A DNA stretch of 64,000 nucleotides from an uncultured Eubacteriales bacterium (lineage in GTDB: Bacteria; Bacillota; Clostridia; Lachnospirales; Lachnospiraceae), in contig ONEC01000002.1 in NCBI GenBank assembly GCA_900316715.1, positions 1,534-65,533 of the forward strand, given 5' to 3'. Below are positions 9,110 through 18,017 of this stretch, in pieces. Below the pieces are notes generated by a model. It did not search any database, had not been told where the DNA came from, and saw only the letters and a program-made list of their open reading frames with translations. The stretch's first letter is position 1. Each line of letters opens with the position of its first letter. The position numbers and the translations under genes are program-made.

Positions 9110-9211
9110 AGTATGAAAAGCAACAAAATTTCGTAAAAGGGCGAATATTGTTGCCAAGGCCTCTGATATCAGGCAGCTCAGTGCTGAGAAGCTCTTATCA
9201 ATATAACAAAA

Positions 9212-9238
9212 AGCCCCTGAGACACGATCTCAGGGGCT
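9212..9238 (-). terminator. Intrinsic terminator of the lysA-type gene
   Basis: AGCCCCTGAGA-cacga-TCTCAGGGGCT hairpin followed on the minus strand by TTTTTGTT. Confidence 0.7.
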
Positions 9239-9247
9239 CTTAACATT

Positions 9248-10519
9248 CTATACGGTTACATCCCAGAAACCATCGAGGGTTGCAAAGTAATCCTCTATTG
9301 TCTGGGCTCTTCTGATCTCTACTATACTTCCGTCCTCTCTCTTCAGCAGCTCTGCTGACCAAAGACGTCCGTTGTAGTTATATCCCATAGCGAAGCCATG
9401 TGCACCTGTATCATGGATTACAATGTAATCTCCCTTATCGATACGTGGAAGTGCACGATCAATGGCAAACTTATCATTATTCTCACAAAGTGATCCTGTA
9501 ACATCATATACATGATCGCATGGCTCATTCTCTTTTCCAAGAACTGTAATGTGATGATATGAACCATACATAGCAGGTCTCATAAGATTTGATGCACATG
9601 CATCTACACCGATGTACTCCTTGTAGATATGCTTCTCATGAACAGCCTTTGTTACAAGGTGTCCGTAAGGTGCCAACATAAATCTTCCGAGCTCTGTAAA
9701 GATCTTAACATCGCCCATTCCAGCAGGAACAAGGATTTCCTCAAACTGTTTTCTTACACCTTCACCGATTGCAAGGATATCATTATCCTTCTGATCCGGC
9801 TTATATGCAACTCCGACACCACCTGAAAGGTTGATGAATGAAAGGCTGATTCCTGTCTTCTCCTTGATCTTTACTGCAAGTCTGAAGAGGATTCCTGCAA
9901 GTGCCGGATAGTATTCATTTGTTACTGTGTTGCTTGCAAGGAATGAGTGAATTCCGAATTCCTCTGCGCCAAGATCACGAAGACGTACATAAGCTTCTGT
10001 AATCTGCTCTTCTGTCATTCCATACTTAGCATCTCCGGGATTATCCATAACCTGAACATTTTCACCGCTCTCGCCAAGCTTAAAGAGTCCGCCCGGATTG
10101 AAACGGCAGCATATTCTCTTAGGAATACCTGTGATGCCATTAAGAAAATCTATATGTGTAAAATCATCGAGGTTAATGATTGCTCCCATCTCGGCAGCCT
10201 TCTTAAACTCCTCAGCCGGAGTATCATTTGATGAGAACATTACATCTGTTCCCACGATACCACTCTTCTCTGACATAATAAGCTCAGCCAGTGATGAACA
10301 GTCAGTACCACATCCCTCTTCATGAAGAATCTTCAGGATAGTTGGATTTGGAGTAGCCTTAACAGCAAAATATTCCTTGTATCCCTTATTCCATGAAAAT
10401 GCCTGGTTTAACTTACGTGCATTTTCTCTTATACCCTTCTCATCATAAATGTGAAATGGTGTAGGATATGTCTTTGCAATTTCTTCGACTTCCTCTTTTG
10501 TAACAAATGGTACTTTCAT
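9248..10519 (-). CDS. lysA: PLP-dependent group IV decarboxylase, diaminopimelate decarboxylase type
   Basis: 423 aa. YPTPFHIYDE, FAVKATPNP (PLP lysine) and a C-terminal CENNDKF-type segment match the clostridial LysA form as I remember it. Substrate not proven. Confidence 0.75.
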   Translation of the reverse strand: MKVPFVTKEEVEEIAKTYPTPFHIYDEKGIRENARKLNQAFSWNKGYKEYFAVKATPNPTILKILHEEGCGTDCSSLAELIMSEKSGIVGTDVMFSSNDTPAEEFKKAAEMGAIINLDDFTHIDFLNGITGIPKRICCRFNPGGLFKLGESGENVQVMDNPGDAKYGMTEEQITEAYVRLRDLGAEEFGIHSFLASNTVTNEYYPALAGILFRLAVKIKEKTGISLSFINLSGGVGVAYKPDQKDNDILAIGEGVRKQFEEILVPAGMGDVKIFTELGRFMLAPYGHLVTKAVHEKHIYKEYIGVDACASNLMRPAMYGSYHHITVLGKENEPCDHVYDVTGSLCENNDKFAIDRALPRIDKGDYIVIHDTGAHGFAMGYNYNGRLWSAELLKREDGSIVEIRRAQTIEDYFATLDGFWDVTV

Positions 10520-10740
10520 AATTTATCCTCCGGTATTACAATACGTATAACAATAGTAAATAGTTTATTCACTCACCCCTATTTAGTCAAGAAAAAAGAA
10601 CACAGATTTTCTTAAAAAAATAAAAACATTCACCATTTGTTCACAATTACAACTTAAATAAGACATAATTTCTTAGTATTATAAAGATGTTCCAAATGAA
10701 GGATTCTATACCTTCCCCCACATTTTTTCATAAAAGAGAA

Positions 10741-10765
10741 GAGCCGCAGTAATGCGGCTCTTTTT
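10741..10765. terminator. Terminator-like hairpin with flanking A and T tracts
   Basis: GAGCCGCA-gtaa-TGCGGCTC followed by TTTTT on plus, with AAAAGAGAA upstream. It is the likely end of the transcript from the 880-aa gene, about 200 nt downstream of that gene's stop. Confidence 0.5.
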
Positions 10766-10969
10766 CTGTGCGTAAGCGAGCCAAGGTCCGCATATGCGCA
10801 GCATATGCAAATGACAAAGAGGGTTGCGCCTGTACACTTGTGTACTACGGCGTAACCCCTTTGTCATTGTAAATCTGCTTTCAGCAGATATGGGACTTTG
10901 GCGAGCCCGCATCATCGAGAAGGGGAGCATGCCGGCATGCTCCCCTTCTCGATGGTTGTATGATACTCA

Positions 10970-13612
10970 TCATTTCATCCACGTATATATTTCATTTCCC
11001 GATTTTCTTACAGTATCTCTGAAGCCTCGTCTTCCGACTCTCACTTCTTCTCCTGCAATCGGATCATAATATCTTATATAATCTGCATTATAACTTATAA
11101 CCAGAACATATCTGTCTTCCAGCTTTGTTATAAAGGCCGCTCCATCACTGAGGAAACCGATAGCCACATCCAGATCTGCGCCTGAAAGATTAAGTCCTCT
11201 TACCGTTCCGCCTGACAGCTCATCGATAAGATTATTCCAGTCTTCTCTTCCATCTACATCATTATAATCTGCATTTATGCCTGCCTGAAGCAGTTCCATA
11301 TATTCACATCTGTAGAAGGTTTCCTTAAGCGAAGCCCCTTCTCCTGCCTCACTGTAATCAAAGGTTCCGGCTACTGTAAAGAATGCCTTTGCCTCTTTTT
11401 CACGGTAGATCACATTTCCGGCGGAATCAACAACGAAGCCTCCGCCCTCAGTAACTGCAGATATGGCTTTACCTGCACTAAGTGTCATGTCCTTAAGGCC
11501 TGAACCTGTAAATACATAATATACGTCACCGCTAATCTCACCGGATATCTGAGTCTTCTTAGGCTTGTCACCACGGGCAAGTCTGGTTATTATCTCGTCC
11601 GGATTTCTTCCCACATATACAGTATCCGGGAAATCCAGATAAAGACCTGACAGTCCTATATCATCTGTATGGATTGCCGTATGTATATCACCGGATGCAG
11701 CAACAGGATTACTTGTAATATAGTCATCACCTATGGTTGTTGTCTCACCTGTTGTACCCTGCTTTATGATCCTGTTCAGATACAGGTTATCGCTGTCAAA
11801 GCTAAGACCTGTGATATAAATGCTTTCCTTATCATAGTTCTTCTTAACATTGCCCTGCTTATCAACGATGATGATCTTATCAAAGATGAATCTCGGAACA
11901 TTATCAGCACCGAGAAGCACATCCTCAGGCTTTGCAGCTCCATACACAAGATCGTTGCCCATAAAGCCTAATATACTCAGCTTCTCTCCCGGAACCTCTT
12001 CAACTCTCTTTATTCCGTCACGGAGAGACAGGATGGTTATACTGTCCACATCCTCAAGGTTCTTGGTATTCGGATAAGCAAGAACCGTCTTATCCTTAGA
12101 TACATACATATCATAGAATGGAAGCTCTGATATAAGCTCATCCATTTCATTTGTAAGAACATCTATCTTAAGGAGTTTATCAGAGAAAAGCGTATAGAAG
12201 TTGTGACCTTTTCTGTCATAGTAACAGTATCTTCCTGCCTGCTGCTTAAGGGCATCATACGGAAGCTCCGTCTCTATGAAATCTATCTCCTTAATGGAAT
12301 TGCCTTCCATCATATAACTGTATAGAACGATTCCGTTATGGGCCATATGTGACCCCAGAGGAATTCTTCCATAAACTATAAAGTCTATCTGATCATCTGA
12401 TATGGTTATGATCTTAATACCATAATCCGTATCACTCATGGTCGTTACATCACTCTGGCCATAGAGCTTCGCATAGTAGTTATCTGAACTGCTGTAATAC
12501 CAGAGAGCGTTGTCCATAACGAAAGCAACCTTCTTGGAATCCTTGGATGCCGCATACTCCGGCTCCTCATCTGCGACAAATCCCAGTCGGAGTCTTCCGC
12601 TTCCGCTTATCACATCATCCTTGTTGAAGGCTTCCTCAATGGTTCTTTCATAATCCACGAGGTTATAAGTATCAAGGCTTCCACTGTACTCAAGGGTATA
12701 GAACTCATTTACTGTAAAGTATCTTGCCTTTTCTCCCACTCTGTTTACGTATCTGGCAGATAACTGTACAGAGGCACTGGTATCACTGACCTCACGGATG
12801 TTAGGAATCACCTCAGATATCCTTGCCATGGCCACGCCTGACATAATGACTGTATCATAATCTGAACTGAGCACTGTATGACCGTAGGTATGATACTTGT
12901 CATCTTTTCCTGAAAAACTGTCTGTTACAATAAGCGGATCAAGCGTTGCATCTGTCTCAGAAGAAACGCTGTAAGTTCCCTCTGCATCCTTTCCATAATA
13001 TCCACCAAGCTCTGTCTCCTCCATCGGAGCTGTCAGCTGGTTCTCACTGAGAATGGTATTACTAAAAGCTTCGGCATAGGCTGTAAGATCATTCAGTCTT
13101 GTCATGCCGCATCTCTTGACTCTTGTATAGTAATAGTAATTCTCCGGTTCCTTCTTGCCCTCTGTCTCATCAGCAAGCACAAAAACAAGGCTGTACTCTC
13201 TGTCTGAGGTCATGTCCATACGCAGACTCACACTGTACTCGTTGCTTGATGCATCATCGGATACAAGTGTCATATCGCCCTCTTCTATGAGATTACTGCC
13301 CTGCATATCCCTGAGCTCATACTTTGCCGTATGTCCCTTAGATATACTGTCCGGAATAATTACATTTACAGTCTTCGACTCATCCACCGGAATTATACTG
13401 TTGCGCCTGAGTCCTGTAAGAAGCTTAGTGCTGTATACTTCCATCGGATTGTACTTCTGCCCATCATAAGAAATGTACGCCTTATCCAGCGTACTTTCCA
13501 CAACCTCGACGGACTTAGTCTCGTATTCCAGGTTTCCTATAAAATTAAAAGTCAGGGCAGACCCTATAAACACAAGGATAAAGAGTACTGCCCCAATCAT
13601 ATACTTCTTCAT
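10970..13612 (-). CDS. Large membrane-anchored extracytoplasmic protein, unknown function (880 aa)
   Basis: N-terminal signal anchor MKKYMIGAVLFILVFIGSALTF, then a long uninterrupted ORF with no catalytic motif I recognise. Confidence 0.75.
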   Translation of the reverse strand: MKKYMIGAVLFILVFIGSALTFNFIGNLEYETKSVEVVESTLDKAYISYDGQKYNPMEVYSTKLLTGLRRNSIIPVDESKTVNVIIPDSISKGHTAKYELRDMQGSNLIEEGDMTLVSDDASSNEYSVSLRMDMTSDREYSLVFVLADETEGKKEPENYYYYTRVKRCGMTRLNDLTAYAEAFSNTILSENQLTAPMEETELGGYYGKDAEGTYSVSSETDATLDPLIVTDSFSGKDDKYHTYGHTVLSSDYDTVIMSGVAMARISEVIPNIREVSDTSASVQLSARYVNRVGEKARYFTVNEFYTLEYSGSLDTYNLVDYERTIEEAFNKDDVISGSGRLRLGFVADEEPEYAASKDSKKVAFVMDNALWYYSSSDNYYAKLYGQSDVTTMSDTDYGIKIITISDDQIDFIVYGRIPLGSHMAHNGIVLYSYMMEGNSIKEIDFIETELPYDALKQQAGRYCYYDRKGHNFYTLFSDKLLKIDVLTNEMDELISELPFYDMYVSKDKTVLAYPNTKNLEDVDSITILSLRDGIKRVEEVPGEKLSILGFMGNDLVYGAAKPEDVLLGADNVPRFIFDKIIIVDKQGNVKKNYDKESIYITGLSFDSDNLYLNRIIKQGTTGETTTIGDDYITSNPVAASGDIHTAIHTDDIGLSGLYLDFPDTVYVGRNPDEIITRLARGDKPKKTQISGEISGDVYYVFTGSGLKDMTLSAGKAISAVTEGGGFVVDSAGNVIYREKEAKAFFTVAGTFDYSEAGEGASLKETFYRCEYMELLQAGINADYNDVDGREDWNNLIDELSGGTVRGLNLSGADLDVAIGFLSDGAAFITKLEDRYVLVISYNADYIRYYDPIAGEEVRVGRRGFRDTVRKSGNEIYTWMK

Positions 13613-13648
13613 GTATTCTCCGAAACTGATGTTTTATTTCCGGAAAAA

Positions 13649-14722
13649 TTAATCACCAAAACTGATTCCAAGAGATTTTGCTTCTTTGATCATCTGGCAG
13701 TCCGGATCAACATACTTCAGTTTTCCTGCTGTCTCCTCAAGTGGAATTGCTGTTACTTCGTTGTTAAGATAAACTACCAGCTTGCCATAGTCCTCATCGC
13801 GGATAAGTTCAGCTGCCTTAGCACCGAAACGGCTTGAGATGATTCTGTCGTATGCATCCGGTGCACCACCTCTCTGTGTATGTCCCGGAAGAGCAACTCT
13901 TACATCACCTGTAAAGCTCTCGCGGATCTTATCAGCAATCTCATATGCAACCGACGGATATGTGGATTCCGCAAGCTTGGCCTTACGCTCTTTCTTAGGA
14001 AGCTTTGCGATTTCCTTAGGAATAGCACCCTCTGCGGCAACAATGATAGTAAACTTCTTGCCCTGCTTCAAACGCTTATCGATAGTTTTCTTAACCTTCT
14101 TGATATCATAAGGAATCTCAGGAAGAAGGATAACATCGGCACCTCCGGCTACACCGGCGTAAAGAGTTATCCAGCCAACCTTATGTCCCATGGTCTCAAC
14201 AACGAAAACACGGCTGTGTGATTCAGCTGTTGTATAGATACAGTCGATAGCATGTGTTGCAACGTCGACCGCACTATAGAAACCAAAGGTCATATCCGTT
14301 CCCCAGATATCGTTATCTATAGTCTTAGGAAGTCCTATTACATTAAGTCCTTCCTGATAGAGACGGTTTGCTGTCTTCTGAGAACCGTTTCCGCCCAGAA
14401 CTATCAGGCAGTCCAGTTCAAGCTTCTTATAAGTCTTGATCATAGCCGGAACCTTATCAACTCCATCCTCTGTAGGAATATCAAGTTCCTTAAATGGAAC
14501 TCTTGATGTTCCGAGGATTGTTCCGCCCTTACTCAGAATACCTGAAAAATCCATAGGCTTCATCTTCTTATAATTGCCATAGATCAGTCCCTTGTAACCA
14601 TCCAGAAATCCGTAGATTTCAACATTTCCGAAAAGTGTCTCCAAACCCTTTGCAACACCTCTCATTGTAGCGTTGAGTGCCTGGCAGTCTCCGCCACTTG
14701 TAAGCATTCCAAACCTCTTCAT
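13649..14722 (-). CDS. pfkA: 6-phosphofructokinase
   Basis: GMLTSGGDCQALNA, GGNGS, PKTIDNDI and MGH motifs. 357 aa. Confidence 0.9.
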   Translation of the reverse strand: MKRFGMLTSGGDCQALNATMRGVAKGLETLFGNVEIYGFLDGYKGLIYGNYKKMKPMDFSGILSKGGTILGTSRVPFKELDIPTEDGVDKVPAMIKTYKKLELDCLIVLGGNGSQKTANRLYQEGLNVIGLPKTIDNDIWGTDMTFGFYSAVDVATHAIDCIYTTAESHSRVFVVETMGHKVGWITLYAGVAGGADVILLPEIPYDIKKVKKTIDKRLKQGKKFTIIVAAEGAIPKEIAKLPKKERKAKLAESTYPSVAYEIADKIRESFTGDVRVALPGHTQRGGAPDAYDRIISSRFGAKAAELIRDEDYGKLVVYLNNEVTAIPLEETAGKLKYVDPDCQMIKEAKSLGISFGD

Positions 14723-14776
14723 AGTAACGTGTCCTCCTCTGAATTATTTTCGCTTTCTAACCCGCCATTAGCAGAG

Positions 14777-15373
14777 TTAAAGCATAACACGCCCATCCAG
14801 TGCACGAAGCAGTGTAACCTCATCTATGCACTCCAGATCTCCACCGACCGGAACGCCGCTCGCTATACGCGACACCTTGATACCGGCAGGCTTTACCATC
14901 TTGGAAATGTACATAGCCGTTGCTTCGCCTTCCACACTGGAGTTAGTTGCTATTATAAGCTCATCCACGTCTTCTCTGAGACGTACCATAAGCTCCTTCA
15001 GCTTAATCTCAGCCGGTCCCACACCCTGACTGGGATTGATAACTCCATTAAGCACATGATAGACACCGTCGTACTTTCCTATTCTCTCATAAGCCGCAAG
15101 ATCTCTTGGAGATTCTACAACCATGATCACCTTGTGATTTCTTGTCGGTGAAGAACATATCGGACATTCTTCCCTGTCTGTAATGGTACAGCAGGTCTTA
15201 CAGTATCTGATATTCTTCTTCGCATCGAGAATAGAATTTGCCAGTGCAGCAGCTCTATCTTCAGGCATGCCTATTATATAAAATGCAAGTCTCTGAGCCG
15301 TTCTTGTCCCTATTCCGGGAAGTGAGCTCAGTTCCTCGATAAGGCGGTTAACCTCTCCTCCGTAAATATCCAT
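14777..15373 (-). CDS. recR: Recombination protein RecR
   Basis: LPGIGTRTAQRLAF helix-hairpin-helix, a C4 zinc finger (CKTCCTITDREECPIC) and a Toprim region. Confidence 0.95.
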   Translation of the reverse strand: MDIYGGEVNRLIEELSSLPGIGTRTAQRLAFYIIGMPEDRAAALANSILDAKKNIRYCKTCCTITDREECPICSSPTRNHKVIMVVESPRDLAAYERIGKYDGVYHVLNGVINPSQGVGPAEIKLKELMVRLREDVDELIIATNSSVEGEATAMYISKMVKPAGIKVSRIASGVPVGGDLECIDEVTLLRALDGRVML

Positions 15374-15727
15374 TTAGAAGAGGCCTCCAAGTCCACCTCC
15401 GAGTCCGCCTGTGATCTTTCCAAGCTGCTCCTTCTCATCATCAGACTGCATTCTGATTGCTTCATTAACAGCAGCCATTACGAGATCCTCAAGCATCTCG
15501 ATATCTTCCGGATCAACAACTTCCTCAGCAATCTTTACAGATGTGATCTCCTTGTTACCGTTGATCTTAACAGTTACAACTCCACCACCTGCAGTAGCCT
15601 CATACTCCTTCTCCTGAAGTTCAGCCTGAGTATCCTCCATCTGCTTCTGCATCTTCTGTGCCTGCTTCATAAGGTTGTTCATATTTCCCGGCATCATGCC
15701 TCCCGGAAAGCCACCTCTTTTTGCCAT
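15374..15727 (-). CDS. ybaB: YbaB/EbfC nucleoid-associated protein
   Basis: MAKRGG...[16 protein letters not shown]...[23 protein letters not shown] before the ATG at 15727. Lies between dnaX and recR, as in Bacillus. Confidence 0.9.
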   Translation of the reverse strand: MAKRGGFPGGMMPGNMNNLMKQAQKMQKQMEDTQAELQEKEYEATAGGGVVTVKINGNKEITSVKIAEEVVDPEDIEMLEDLVMAAVNEAIRMQSDDEKEQLGKITGGLGGGLGGLF

Positions 15728-15755
15728 TATTATTTCCTCCCTAGTGTTATATAAA

Positions 15756-17489
15756 TTACTGTTTAATAACCGTATCTTCAAAATCGATACGATTCAGAAA
15801 AGCTTCTTCCGATGAATATGCAGCACCAACGCTCGCATTCTTCTCACGGAAATTCAGCTTGATCCTTCTTCCTGCAATAGACGCCAGCTCATCCATAAGA
15901 TCCAGCTGGTTCTGCTCTCTTTTGGCATTATCCTTACCAAGATAATAGATGTATCCCATGTTTTCCTTACCATCCCTGTCCCTGTTAGGAATAATGATGT
16001 TAAGGACCGCCAGTTCACCACTATCAGTAAACTCCTTACCGGCCTCCAGGTCAACACCTTTCAGATATCTCTGTGATATAGGATTCAGCTTTGCGTAGTA
16101 ATCACTCTTCCAGAGTCTCGCAAAGTTAAGTACTTCTTCATACTGAGCAGCCTCGAATCTGTCTTTGAGAAGACTCTTAACATTATCACTTATCTCCTCA
16201 TCGGACATACTTGAAGCCGGAACTACGACCTTCATTCCTTCAATCTTTCTCTCAAGAGTTCTGACTGCGGAATCTATCTTCTCATCCATTATGCCTTCCA
16301 GTTCCTCTATACGGGCACCGCTGGCGCCGGACGCTCCCGGTGTTATACCCTGCTCAAGCTTATCCAGTCTGGAAGCCAGTGCATCATAATCCTTATCGGT
16401 CTCCGGATGCATCATCTTGATCAGGCTCATCTCTATCGTAACTCTCTTTATATTTGAAAGTCTGACAGCCTGACTGAGTTCCTGCAGGATAGTAAGATAT
16501 CTCGTAAGTTCTTCTCTCGTATAATTCTCAGATAGTTTTATTATACGCTCAATATTCTCTCTTGTAAGGTCCATTCCTGATGTAGAATCCGGGGATAATT
16601 TGATAAAAAGCAGATTCCTCATGAACCATACATAGTCATCTACATATTTTACCATATCCTTGCCCTGCCATACAGCAGAGTTTATAAGATTTAATACTTC
16701 ATCAGCTGCAGAGTTATGAATTGCCTCTGTCAGATTTATGTAAACCTCTATATCAACTGCGCCAACAGTCTCAAGAACACTGTCATAGGTCAGCTTCTCA
16801 TTATATCTTGAAGCTATGCATTCATCCAGAATAGAAAGCGCATCTCTCATAGAGCCGTCACCTGCTCTTGCAATAAACTGCAGAGCATCGTCCTCAGCAT
16901 CCACGCCCTCTCGCTCCGTAAGATCCTTCAATCTTCCGAATATGGTCTCAACAGATATCCTGTGAAAATCATATTTCTGGCATCTGGACTTAATAGTGAT
17001 CGGAATCTTATGATCCTCGGTGGTTGCAAGAATAAAGAGACAATATTCAGGCGGTTCCTCAAGAGTCTTGAGAAGTGCATTAAATGCCTCTCTAGTCAAC
17101 ATATGCGCCTCATCAATTATGTAAACCAGTTTCTTGCCCTGTGATGGGGCATACTGAACTGCTTCCTTGATCTGGCGCATATTATCTACACCACTGTTGG
17201 AGGCAGCATCTATCTCAATAACGTTCATGGCATTTCCGGACGCGATAGCCTTACAGCTCTCGCACTCGCAGCATGGGTTGCCATCCTGCAGGTTGTCACA
17301 GTTTACTGCCTTCGCCAGAAGCTTGGCCATGGTGGTCTTACCTGTTCCTCTTGTGCCGCAGAAAAGATACGCATGTCCAACTCTGTCAGATCTCATCTGA
17401 TTCCTAAGTGTTGTAACTATATGATCCTGTCCCTTTACTTCGTCAAATGTATCGGGACGGAATTTTCTATATAAAGCAATGTATGACAT
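15756..17489 (-). CDS. dnaX: DNA polymerase III subunit gamma/tau
   Basis: [24 protein letters not shown] Walker A, a CxxCxxC zinc module and IIDEAHML. Confidence 0.95.
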   Translation of the reverse strand: MSYIALYRKFRPDTFDEVKGQDHIVTTLRNQMRSDRVGHAYLFCGTRGTGKTTMAKLLAKAVNCDNLQDGNPCCECESCKAIASGNAMNVIEIDAASNSGVDNMRQIKEAVQYAPSQGKKLVYIIDEAHMLTREAFNALLKTLEEPPEYCLFILATTEDHKIPITIKSRCQKYDFHRISVETIFGRLKDLTEREGVDAEDDALQFIARAGDGSMRDALSILDECIASRYNEKLTYDSVLETVGAVDIEVYINLTEAIHNSAADEVLNLINSAVWQGKDMVKYVDDYVWFMRNLLFIKLSPDSTSGMDLTRENIERIIKLSENYTREELTRYLTILQELSQAVRLSNIKRVTIEMSLIKMMHPETDKDYDALASRLDKLEQGITPGASGASGARIEELEGIMDEKIDSAVRTLERKIEGMKVVVPASSMSDEEISDNVKSLLKDRFEAAQYEEVLNFARLWKSDYYAKLNPISQRYLKGVDLEAGKEFTDSGELAVLNIIIPNRDRDGKENMGYIYYLGKDNAKREQNQLDLMDELASIAGRRIKLNFREKNASVGAAYSSEEAFLNRIDFEDTVIKQ

Positions 17490-17537
17490 TCCGATAATTC
17501 TCCTGATCTCTGGAATTCGGAAAGCATCTACTTCTGT

Positions 17538-18011
17538 CTATGCTTCCAAAAGCTCCACTAATCTATCATAACAGAAATTAACGCTTACGTCACGCACTAC
17601 ATTTCTACCCAGAGCACCAAATTCCTGTCTCCAGGTGTAAACTTCGCCATTTATGGCTATTCCAAAGCATACTGTACCAACAGGCTTTCCCGGAACAGCC
17701 CCCGATGGGCCTGCAATACCGGTGATACCCACTCCCACTTCCGAGCCGGTGTTTTTCGCCGCTCCAAGTGCCATCTCAGCAGCCACTTCTTCACTTACAA
17801 CGCCGAAGTCACGTATGGTCTCCGGATCAACTCCGAGATACTTTACCTTTGCCTCATCTGCATAGGTTGTAAAACTCACATTAAGTACTTTTGAGGCGTC
17901 CGGTACATTTACCAGCTTTGCACAGGCAAGGCCGGCTGTACAGGACTCCGAAAAGGTTATGTGGTATCCTTTCTCAATAAGTTTTTCCACAACCTTATAT
18001 TCTATATCCAT
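17538..18011 (-). CDS. CinA C-terminal domain protein (PncC-type nicotinamide-nucleotide amidohydrolase), stand-alone
   Basis: 157 aa. ESCTAGL, TGIAGPSG and GTVCFG motifs of the CinA_C/PncC fold. No MoCF-binding N-domain. Confidence 0.85.
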   Translation of the reverse strand: MDIEYKVVEKLIEKGYHITFSESCTAGLACAKLVNVPDASKVLNVSFTTYADEAKVKYLGVDPETIRDFGVVSEEVAAEMALGAAKNTGSEVGVGITGIAGPSGAVPGKPVGTVCFGIAINGEVYTWRQEFGALGRNVVRDVSVNFCYDRLVELLEA

Positions 18012-18017
18012 CTTATT

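Noticed and set aside
10520-10705. Possible lysine (L-box) riboswitch upstream of the lysA-type gene
   Set aside because: The leader is AT-rich and lacks the conserved L-box helices and GC-rich junction. Only a plain promoter/RBS region is visible.
10706-11069. 74-aa minus-strand and 81-aa plus-strand ORFs in the lysA/880-aa intergenic region
   Set aside because: They span the hairpin and palindrome array, lack an RBS, and one overlaps the end of the 880-aa gene. They are better explained as non-coding structure.
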